Shown here: one piece after another, positions 49,490 through 57,099 of the stretch | How positions within the stretch are numbered: the stretch's first letter is position 1 | How the letters are laid out: every line of letters begins with the position of its first letter | From: Patescibacteria group bacterium | GTDB taxonomy: Bacteria; Patescibacteriota; Microgenomatia; UBA8517 | Direction: 5' to 3' | DNA length: 64,000 nt | Assembly: GCA_038061225.1 (NCBI GenBank) | Contig: JBBTZT010000002.1 | Span: 12,655 to 76,654, forward strand | Made by a program: the position numbers and the translations under genes | Notes under the pieces: model-generated | Databases searched by the model: none | What the model was told of the DNA's origin: nothing | Seen by the model: only the letters and a program-made list of their open reading frames with translations

Positions 49490-50261
49490 AGGAGTAGATC
49501 CTAATTCTATTAACAAAAAGTCTATTGCAGTTGTTGGTAGTCGTCAAATGACAAGGTATGGTAGAGATGTGGTTGATAAATTCGTGTGCGATTTTGTTGC
49601 TAATGGAGTAACAACAATCTCTGGTTTTATGTATGGCGTGGATACTGAAGTTGCAAAGAAAACACTTGAATATGGAGGAAAACACATTGCAATTTTTGGC
49701 TGTGGTCTGGACCATATTTATCCACCTGAAAACAAAAAGTTATATGAAGAGATTTTAAAAAGTGGAGGATCAATTGTTTCTGAGTATGAAGATTCGGCAA
49801 AACCAAGTATCTGGAAATTCCCACAAAGAAACAAAATTGTAGCTAGCCTCGCCTCACTTGGGGTTCTTGTTATTGAGGCGGGTAGCGGGAGTGGATCACT
49901 TGTAACTGCCAAAATTGCAAAAAAAATGGGCAAGAAAGTTTGGGCAGTACCTGGGCCTATAAATTCAAGAGTTTCTGTTGGATGTAATGAATTAATAAAA
50001 TCAGGCGACGCCCAAATGGCCATTTGTGTGAGAGATATTATTAAGATTAAAACTACAGAAATTCAGAACTCAAGAATTCCAGATAATCTAAATACAGAAG
50101 AACAAAAAATATTTAAAATACTTCAACTAGAGCCTATGGAAATTGATGAGATTGCACAGAAATTAGAAGAAAATGTTGTAGAAGTTGGATCTACACTATC
50201 AATAATGGGGATTAAAGGGTTAGTTACGGAGAGTGGCGGAAAATATTTTTTAGTACGGTAG
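49470..50261 (+). CDS. dprA: DNA processing protein DprA/Smf (Rossmann core + C-terminal wH, no SAM domain)
   Basis: IAVVGSRQMTRYGRDVV...TISGFMYGVDTEVAKKTLEYGGKHIAIFGCGLDHIYPPEN. Located downstream of comM and yraN. Confidence 0.8.
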   Translation: MKILHFRGVDPNSINKKSIAVVGSRQMTRYGRDVVDKFVCDFVANGVTTISGFMYGVDTEVAKKTLEYGGKHIAIFGCGLDHIYPPENKKLYEEILKSGGSIVSEYEDSAKPSIWKFPQRNKIVASLASLGVLVIEAGSGSGSLVTAKIAKKMGKKVWAVPGPINSRVSVGCNELIKSGDAQMAICVRDIIKIKTTEIQNSRIPDNLNTEEQKIFKILQLEPMEIDEIAQKLEENVVEVGSTLSIMGIKGLVTESGGKYFLVR

Positions 50262-52706
50262 TGTTGGTGAGCTTGGACAAAAAATTGGAGCCTTTGAAGC
50301 ATACGCAGCTCTCCAGTCAGTGTTATTAAGATTAGTAATAAGTTGTGAGGTATTGAATCCTGATCCGAAAAGTGGTGGTGGATATACACCACCAGGGTCC
50401 AATACTGTAATTGGCCACAGTACATAACCAGGTAAATATCCATACTCTTGAAGTGTCGCCTCATCTGTTTTGCCGGCAGCACAATCGTTTCTGAGTGTGT
50501 TAACCATGCAGTCAATTTTCTCATCGATTGATTGAACTTGTGAAACATTGCATCCAAAATGTGAACTTGATGATCCATCTGCCATATCTGTCATCAAACC
50601 ACCATTTTCATTAAGTCCGATTCCAATAGCCCAAAAAGGGTTAAGAGATTTGCCGTTACATTTCGTAGACGCTGCTTTTGCGATTACTTTGTTGTAAACA
50701 TTTTCATCAAGAAGCCATTGTTTACATGCTCCAGTCTCAGGTTCTTCTGTTGGTTTACAATTTCCATCAGCAATTGGTTCGCCGTAACCTTTAGGGCGAA
50801 GGGCAGTTTGAATTCCTTTTAAAAAGTATTCATAGACTGAACCTATGTGTGGGAAAGTTAATTCTGGTTTATCACCACCCCCATCTTCTGGAATTTTTTT
50901 AACACCAAATTCTAAAGACCCACCTCTTGGGGTTTCACTTTCCTCAGCATTATAAGTAACCCCAGTAACTGTTGGAATATCTGCAATACAACTAACTGGC
51001 GCACCTTCCTCGACTTTTGGAAATATTTTTCTAAAAGTACTTCCAGAGTCAGCTACAGTAGTTGAAAATATTTCATCTGCATTTGGAACTTTAACATCTG
51101 TTGGAACAACTATTGTAACTTCTGCGTTACAATGATGGGAATATGTAGTTTCCCAGGAACCTCCTTTTTTAGGGGGAAGGTTAGGAACCCAGATGGTTGT
51201 TTTAGTAACTTTACACAAAACTTGATCAATATTGTAGGTCACTTTTGGAATGACCATTTCTTTAGTGTCTCCAGGTGATCTATCTCCTGGGAATAAATTA
51301 TCACCTTTGTTTGTCCTGACATTTACTGCGCTACAGTCGAGACCGTTTACTTTTGGAAGAGTTTCTGTTGTTTCTGGAACCTTTTCACTTTTATATCCTT
51401 GTGGCAGATAGGTTTTATTTAATAATTCTGACGATTCTTTAACTTCCTCCGTATGTGCAAAATAAAGAGGAGCGTTTTTCTGATTTGCCTCGTCATATTT
51501 TTCACCTGAAATTACTGTTGTTCCGATTGAAGGTTTAAACTGAACATCTAGAATTCTCTCCGCACCTTTTTTGTCAGTAGTATTTGAAAGGGGAATATAT
51601 TGATATAAATCCGCCCATTTATTTGGTACGAATGGATTATCTATACACAAAAGAAGGTCAACAAAAGGAATTTTCGCGCAAGAATCACCTCGCCATTCGT
51701 TATATGCTTTTTGATATGCCTGTTGGCTTTCAAATGGGTCTCCATTTTTATCTGCCCAAGGAAGTGGCGGAGTCCTTTTGTTCCATATATCAGTTCCAAT
51801 TCTGTTAAACAATCCATTAAAATCTGACAAATCTCCTCCGTACCACCCCTGATCGCCCACTATACCTATACTTTTATCTATTAATCTAAATTTTTCATCT
51901 CCTCCATAGCAAGGGACAGGCGTAATTTTTCCGATATTAAGAAGGCCTCCAAACCAACCAAAGTTGCTATCTCCACAAACCACAATTTGATTATGATTTT
52001 GAGGTTCGGTAGTGTCACCAACTTCCTCATCGACATAGTTTGTGATTGCCGAAGCAGAGGCAATGGTGGAAATTCTTTGAGCATCTTGAATCACAGATGG
52101 TAAAAGTTTTTGGATTGGGCCTGAGAAATTAACAACTCGACTATCTGTATTTTCTTCATATTCAGCACGATTGTTTACTCCACTTAAATACCAACTTGCA
52201 TATTCATTTACTTTCTGTGCATCAGAAAATTCATCATTTTTTTTATCATAATTTTTTACTTGTTCAGTGTTCCCTAAAATTGGAAACATGGAATCTGTAA
52301 GCTCAACATAAAGATTATGAGGATCAATATAACCATCTTTGGGTTTACACCAGAAATCACTTGTATTTTTTCCCAAATCACATTGACTAGTTAAGTCAAA
52401 AGATTCAATAAATTTTAATTCATTGCTACAAAACAAAGCTTTATTGGCATCTCCACAGGCAGCGGCTTGATAAGGACGAAGGGAGTGAAATTCAGGATCC
52501 TTTACATCGTTACAAGGAAAACCCACTCTTGGAAAAGCCTCAACCTCGGCTTTTGCCGACGGAATTAAGAGTGAATAATTAATTATTAATAATAAAAACA
52601 AAGAGAAAGAAAACAGAATGAATTTAGACAATATTTTCATTTGACATTTAATATTATGGTTTAAAGATTGTAAAGTTTGTAACATCAGCACCTGTAAAGG
52701 TTCCAA
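50250..52706 (-). CDS. Large Cys-rich secreted protein (about 800 aa), terminal gene of the pilin-array operon. The probable start is MKILSKFILF at about 52640.
   Basis: Signal/TM anchor FILFSFSLFLLLIINYSLLIPSAKA. More than 30 Cys, no TM after the anchor, and no catalytic motif recognised. Confidence 0.45.
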   Translation of the reverse strand: MEPLQVLMLQTLQSLNHNIKCQMKILSKFILFSFSLFLLLIINYSLLIPSAKAEVEAFPRVGFPCNDVKDPEFHSLRPYQAAACGDANKALFCSNELKFIESFDLTSQCDLGKNTSDFWCKPKDGYIDPHNLYVELTDSMFPILGNTEQVKNYDKKNDEFSDAQKVNEYASWYLSGVNNRAEYEENTDSRVVNFSGPIQKLLPSVIQDAQRISTIASASAITNYVDEEVGDTTEPQNHNQIVVCGDSNFGWFGGLLNIGKITPVPCYGGDEKFRLIDKSIGIVGDQGWYGGDLSDFNGLFNRIGTDIWNKRTPPLPWADKNGDPFESQQAYQKAYNEWRGDSCAKIPFVDLLLCIDNPFVPNKWADLYQYIPLSNTTDKKGAERILDVQFKPSIGTTVISGEKYDEANQKNAPLYFAHTEEVKESSELLNKTYLPQGYKSEKVPETTETLPKVNGLDCSAVNVRTNKGDNLFPGDRSPGDTKEMVIPKVTYNIDQVLCKVTKTTIWVPNLPPKKGGSWETTYSHHCNAEVTIVVPTDVKVPNADEIFSTTVADSGSTFRKIFPKVEEGAPVSCIADIPTVTGVTYNAEESETPRGGSLEFGVKKIPEDGGGDKPELTFPHIGSVYEYFLKGIQTALRPKGYGEPIADGNCKPTEEPETGACKQWLLDENVYNKVIAKAASTKCNGKSLNPFWAIGIGLNENGGLMTDMADGSSSSHFGCNVSQVQSIDEKIDCMVNTLRNDCAAGKTDEATLQEYGYLPGYVLWPITVLDPGGVYPPPLFGSGFNTSQLITNLNNTDWRAAYASKAPIFCPSSPTLPY

Positions 52707-52938
52707 TAATAAGTAGAATCAAATATGAGAAGGCTAATAGAACAAAACCACCAATTGCATAGGTTAAGGTGTTTTTTGCCCCTTCTACTGCTTTTGGATC
52801 ACCTCCAGATGTTAAATATTTAAAACCAGAAGATAAAAGCGTTAAAAAAAGACCAATACCACCAAGAGCTAGAAGTGCTTTAACTACATTTTCAAAAACG
52901 TCTTCAAGTTGTGATAATTCTGCAGGTGCTGCTGCCAT
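52654..52938 (-). CDS. Pilin-like small two-TM protein, paralog 8 (T4SS/VirB2-like pilin candidate)
   Basis: TM1, then TSGGDPKAVEGAKNTLTYAIGGFVLLAFSYLILLIIG, then TM2. Confidence 0.5.
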   Translation of the reverse strand: MAAAPAELSQLEDVFENVVKALLALGGIGLFLTLLSSGFKYLTSGGDPKAVEGAKNTLTYAIGGFVLLAFSYLILLIIGTFTGADVTNFTIFKP

Positions 52939-52987
52939 ATAAAAATAAGTTTAGCTTATTCAAGAAAATTGAGCAAGAGAAGATTGG

Positions 52988-53326
52988 TTAACCAGCTTTT
53001 GGAAGATCTAACTTTAATATATTAACCCCAAAGAATGTATTTATTAGTTGAATTATTGCCCAAGCTGAAAAGACTATAACCAAACCAACAAGAGCTGCAG
53101 TAATTTGATTTCTTGCACCTTCTGTATGAGCTTTATCTCCACCCGAGAGTATCCATTTAATGCCTCCAATGACTAGAATAAAAAAGAATGCCAAACCTGC
53201 AATCACTAAAACTAATCTAATAAAACCAGACACCATACCTTCGATCGTAAGATCGGTAGCGCCTTGAAAAGCACTGCCTAAATTTTTATCTAACTCAATT
53301 GCCGCTAAATAAAAAACATCGTTCAT
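52988..53326 (-). CDS. Pilin-like small two-TM protein, paralog 7
   Basis: LSGGDKAHTEGARNQITAALVGLVIVFSAWAIIQLINTFFGVNIL. Confidence 0.5.
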   Translation of the reverse strand: MNDVFYLAAIELDKNLGSAFQGATDLTIEGMVSGFIRLVLVIAGLAFFFILVIGGIKWILSGGDKAHTEGARNQITAALVGLVIVFSAWAIIQLINTFFGVNILKLDLPKAG

Positions 53327-53334
53327 ATTAGGTA

Positions 53335-53712
53335 TTATTGAATAACCAATGGGCCTATGTCAATAGACAAAATATCTATCCCAAAGAAAGTTTCAATCAG
53401 CTTAACAATTGCAAAAGTTCCAATAAGTAATACAAAACCTACAATTGCATTTGTAATTCTACCCTTTGCTGACTCAAGACCTGCTTTATCTCCACCAGAC
53501 AATATCCAACTGATTGCCCCCCAAAGAAGCATGAAGAAAAAAGCCAAAGCACCAATTACAAATAAAAGACCAATTACCCTGCTGATTAAATCGCCAAAAA
53601 AGAATTCTGGTAAATTTAGGAGCATCTGATTAAGCGTGTTTCCGATGGCAGGGTTTGAAATTTTTCCATCTCCTGTAGTTCCTGCTCCAGCTAATAGTGT
53701 ATTTATTTGCAT
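53335..53712 (-). CDS. Pilin-like small two-TM protein, paralog 6
   Basis: LSGGDKAGLESAKGRITNAIVGFVLLIGTFAIVKLIETFFGIDIL. Confidence 0.5.
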   Translation of the reverse strand: MQINTLLAGAGTTGDGKISNPAIGNTLNQMLLNLPEFFFGDLISRVIGLLFVIGALAFFFMLLWGAISWILSGGDKAGLESAKGRITNAIVGFVLLIGTFAIVKLIETFFGIDILSIDIGPLVIQ

Positions 53713-53713
53713 A

Positions 53714-54205
53714 TTAATTTAGTGATTTAAAAAGCGTTGCAATGTCTAGGATATTTGGCAAACCTAATAATTTCCCGATAAAGCTTAAAATAAAGAGAGA
53801 TGAAACAAGCACTACTAGTCCAATTACTCCATTTGTAATCTTTTTTCTTGCCCCCTCTAGAGCTTGTTTGTCTCCACTTGAAGAAATGATACTAACAGCG
53901 CCTGTCACAATTATAAATACCATCCAAATAATTCCAATTATTGTAATAAGACCAACCGCTGAGGAAAGAAATGTTGCAAAAACTGATATACCACTTTGAC
54001 CCTGTTCTAATCCAAGTGGTCCAAAGCCCTTATACCCCTCTCCTTCAAATAATTTAATTTGTGCGATTTTGTTCATGGTGTAGGTATTGATGGTTGTAAT
54101 AAAAATAATGGATTTTTGAATATCAATTGCCCTATTATAGCTGCAAGTACAAAAGATCCTGCAGAAAAAGCAAGCCCCATTAAAGTTTGATAAATTTTTG
54201 CCCAT
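53714..54205 (-). CDS. Pilin-like small two-TM protein, paralog 5. The likely start is MNKIAQIK at about 54076.
   Basis: SSSGDKQALEGARKKITNGVIGLVVLVSSLFILSFIGKLLGL. Confidence 0.45.
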   Translation of the reverse strand: MGKNLSNFNGACFFCRIFCTCSYNRAIDIQKSIIFITTINTYTMNKIAQIKLFEGEGYKGFGPLGLEQGQSGISVFATFLSSAVGLITIIGIIWMVFIIVTGAVSIISSSGDKQALEGARKKITNGVIGLVVLVSSLFILSFIGKLLGLPNILDIATLFKSLN

Positions 54206-54489
54206 GCACTTGCAACCTTTTTACTATCATCTCCTGCAGACATAAAAGCATAACCAGCAAGAACAAGATTAAACAAAGCATAAATACCTGCACCAACTAC
54301 TAATGCTCGTAGTCCAAACTGAATTAATTTTCCAAAAGCAGGACCGGCTTCAGCTCCATAAATACTATTTAGTTTATCAGGAACTTCTACAGTTCCAAAT
54401 GGATTTTGCGCAAGTAAATTCATATATAAATCTATTATACTAATAATTGTCACCAACACAAGCACTTGACAGACCTCATATAATCCCAT
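54073..54489 (-). CDS. Pilin-like small two-TM protein, paralog 4. The likely start is MNLLAQNPFG at about 54423.
   Basis: MSAGDDSKKVASAWAKIYQTLMGLAFSAGSFVLAAIIGQLIF. Confidence 0.45.
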   Translation of the reverse strand: MGLYEVCQVLVLVTIISIIDLYMNLLAQNPFGTVEVPDKLNSIYGAEAGPAFGKLIQFGLRALVVGAGIYALFNLVLAGYAFMSAGDDSKKVASAWAKIYQTLMGLAFSAGSFVLAAIIGQLIFKNPLFLLQPSIPTP

Positions 54490-55562
54490 ATAATCTCATA
54501 TATATGAATGACAAGTTCAACATAAGGTTTAATAATGTATCACACGAGATATGGCTAAAAATTACACAAATAGAAAGTTTAAAAGGTAAATGGGATGGAA
54601 GTACCAAACTTAGCCCACAAATTCTTGGAAGATTAAAAAAATCCGTATTGGTTACCTCAACAGGTGCTTCTACTCGTATTGAAGGTTCAAAACTAACAGA
54701 TGAAACAGTTGAAAAAATGATGAAAGGGATTTCAATCCAAAAATTTAGTAATCGAGATGAACAAGAAGTAATGGGATATTATGAACTTCTTCAAAATATT
54801 TTTAATTCTTGGGAGTCAATAACATTTAGCGAAAGTGCAATATTACATTTTCATAAAGAATTGTTGAAATATGTTGGAAAAGACGAAACCCATAGAGGTG
54901 AGTATAAGAAAAAAGAAAATGCAGTACATATGGTTAATGAAAAAGGGAAATCAGTGGGAATTCTTTTTGAAACTACCAAGGCATATTTAACTCCAAAGGA
55001 AATGTATGAGCTCATTGATTGGACAAAAACAGCATTAAATCAAAATACCTATCATCCACTTTTAATTATTTCAAATTTTATAGTTGAATTTTTAAATATT
55101 CACCCTTTTTCTGACGGAAACGGCAGATTATCAAGAATTTTAACTAATTTATTGCTATTAAAAGCGGGTTATTTATATATACCATATGTATCACACGAAA
55201 AATTAATTGAAGATAATAAACCAGAATATTATTTAGCCTTACGCCGTAGCCAAAATACATTAAGAACCAAAAAACCAGATGTTTCGTTTTGGACCAATTT
55301 CTTTTTAGATATATTATTTACTCAATCTGAAATTGCCATAAAACAGTTAACAGAAACAAATATTGAATCAGTGTTATCACCAAAACAATTATTGGTTTGG
55401 GATTATTTAGAAAAAAATGATGAAGTGACTCCCATGGAAATTTCTAAAAAAGCTGGAGTTACTAGACCTACAGTTACTCAAGTTCTTGTTAAATTATTAG
55501 ATCTAAAAATGATTGAGAAAATTGGCCAAGGATCAGCAACAAGATATCGAAAACTAAAGTGA
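54447..55562 (+). CDS. fic: Fic-family protein (AMPylase-type) with C-terminal winged helix. The likely start is MNDKFNIRF at about 54504.
   Basis: Canonical Fic motif HPFSDGNGRLSRIL. A C-terminal wH runs QLLVWDYLEKNDEVTPMEISKKAGVTRPTVTQVLVKL. Confidence 0.8.
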   Translation: MSPTQALDRPHIIPYNLIYMNDKFNIRFNNVSHEIWLKITQIESLKGKWDGSTKLSPQILGRLKKSVLVTSTGASTRIEGSKLTDETVEKMMKGISIQKFSNRDEQEVMGYYELLQNIFNSWESITFSESAILHFHKELLKYVGKDETHRGEYKKKENAVHMVNEKGKSVGILFETTKAYLTPKEMYELIDWTKTALNQNTYHPLLIISNFIVEFLNIHPFSDGNGRLSRILTNLLLLKAGYLYIPYVSHEKLIEDNKPEYYLALRRSQNTLRTKKPDVSFWTNFFLDILFTQSEIAIKQLTETNIESVLSPKQLLVWDYLEKNDEVTPMEISKKAGVTRPTVTQVLVKLLDLKMIEKIGQGSATRYRKLK

Positions 55563-55874
55563 AATAAGTGATAAGCCTGTGATTGTTTCTATGAGTTTTA
55601 CTATCCAATATGCAGAAAATACAACTATGAAGCCAATTAGCGCTGAAGTTGCAGCCTTTTTACCCTTTTCAACTGTTTGGGGATCTGATTTTCCAGCACC
55701 CGCAATCATTCCAATTCCACCCCCAATTAAAAGAAAAAGTAAAAATATTCCTGCTATTGAAATAGCACCTGTAATAATTGCAGAAACATACCTACTTATA
55801 CTATCAACTCTGTATAAATCTCCACGTGTATCACCTAAGAAAGTTGTACCAATGTTAATTGCTAATTTATTCAT
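55554..55874 (-). CDS. Pilin-like small two-TM protein, paralog 3
   Basis: GAGKSDPQTVEKGKKAATSALIGFIVVFSAYWIVKLIETITGLSL. Confidence 0.5.
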   Translation of the reverse strand: MNKLAINIGTTFLGDTRGDLYRVDSISRYVSAIITGAISIAGIFLLFLLIGGGIGMIAGAGKSDPQTVEKGKKAATSALIGFIVVFSAYWIVKLIETITGLSLISL

Positions 55875-55876
55875 AT

Positions 55877-56191
55877 TTAATTAAATAAAATTGTCTCTAT
55901 ACCCAAAAATTTCATTATAAGCATAACTATCCAAAATGATACAAATAAAATTGATATTCCAATTACAGATGTTGTAAGTTTAGCTTGTGCTGCCTGCATT
56001 ACTTTTGGATCTCCTGTAGACGTCATCATTTTAAAACCTGATGTAATAATATTTAAAAGCAGAATTATTCCTGCAATTCCAAAGATATATGGAAGAGCTA
56101 AATTGATAAAACCCGATGGTTCAAGTAAAACGTTCCAAGCAGGCAACCCTGCGTTATTTTGTATTGAAGTAAAAGTTGCCGTGTCAAACAT
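55877..56191 (-). CDS. Pilin-like small two-TM protein, paralog 2
   Basis: TSTGDPKVMQAAQAKLTTSVIGISILFVSFWIVMLIMKFLGIETIL. Confidence 0.5.
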   Translation of the reverse strand: MFDTATFTSIQNNAGLPAWNVLLEPSGFINLALPYIFGIAGIILLLNIITSGFKMMTSTGDPKVMQAAQAKLTTSVIGISILFVSFWIVMLIMKFLGIETILFN

Positions 56192-56193
56192 AT

Positions 56194-56574
56194 TTATAAT
56201 TTATCCAATCCCAGTATATCAATTCCTATGAATTTTAGTATAAAGACACTAAAAATTAACATAATTAAACCTGAAATGGCTGATGTTAGTAGTTCTTGCC
56301 CTGCTTTTAATCTGTCTGGAACTCCTTGAGAAGTCATTATCATAAAACTAGCATAGACAATCAATAAAAATGCAATTCCACCACCAACCCCAACAGCCCA
56401 ACCCAATATCCACCCCATGAATTGATTTGTATCAGAAACTGGTATACAGCCAATAGCTGTATCAATTCCACAATCTTCAAGCTGAGCAAATACTGGTTTG
56501 ATTGAATAACTAATTAAAGTTAAAAATAAAAATATTGCAGGGATTATTTTTTTCATAGCGTAGCTGGATTTCAT
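56194..56574 (-). CDS. Pilin-like small protein, paralog 1, with a clear signal peptide
   Basis: Signal peptide MKKIIPAIFLFLTLISYSIKPVFAQ, then two TMs flanking TSQGVPDRLKAGQELLTSAISGL. C-terminal KFIGIDILGL. Confidence 0.5.
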   Translation of the reverse strand: MKSSYAMKKIIPAIFLFLTLISYSIKPVFAQLEDCGIDTAIGCIPVSDTNQFMGWILGWAVGVGGGIAFLLIVYASFMIMTSQGVPDRLKAGQELLTSAISGLIMLIFSVFILKFIGIDILGLDKL

Positions 56575-56597
56575 TATGTTTACTATTCTAGCAAATT

Positions 56598-56879
56598 TTG
56601 TTAAACTTATACATCATGCAAACAAAATTATTAAATTATAGAGTTATTGTTGAGCCAGAAACCTATCCAAATGGTGATAAAGTTTATAATGCCTATTGTC
56701 CAACACTTGGGATAACAGATTACGGAGACACAATAGAAGAAGCGTTGGAAAGTTTAAAAGATGGTATTGGACTAGCTGTTGAAATGTTATCTAAAGAGAA
56801 AGCAGAAATTCCATCAGACGATTTAAATACCCAGATTGTTACTCAAACACAAATTCAATATCCGATAGCTTTTGCCTAA
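56598..56879 (+). CDS. hicB: HicB-family antitoxin
   Basis: YRVIVEPETYPNGDKVYNAYCPTLGITDYGDTIEEALESLKDGI matches the HicB/UPF0150 N-terminal fold. Confidence 0.65.
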   Translation: MLNLYIMQTKLLNYRVIVEPETYPNGDKVYNAYCPTLGITDYGDTIEEALESLKDGIGLAVEMLSKEKAEIPSDDLNTQIVTQTQIQYPIAFA

Positions 56880-57099
56880 GAAAATGCCCAAACTGCCAAG
56901 AAATATAAAACCGAAAATATTACTTAAAATTCTTAAATCAAAAGGTTTTGTCGAAGTTGGGGGAAAAGGGTCTCATGTTCGATTAAAGCATCAAGATGGT
57001 AGATGGACACAAGTTGCCATTCATCCCAAGCCAATTCCACAAGGAACTTTGAGAAAAATCTTGAGTCAAGTTAAACTTCAGATAGAGGATGTAAAATGA
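56872..57099 (+). CDS. hicA: HicA-family mRNA interferase toxin
   Basis: LLKILKSKGFVEVGGKGSHVRLKHQDGRWTQVAIHP matches the HicA signature. It overlaps hicB by 8 bp. Confidence 0.7.
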   Translation: MPKKMPKLPRNIKPKILLKILKSKGFVEVGGKGSHVRLKHQDGRWTQVAIHPKPIPQGTLRKILSQVKLQIEDVK

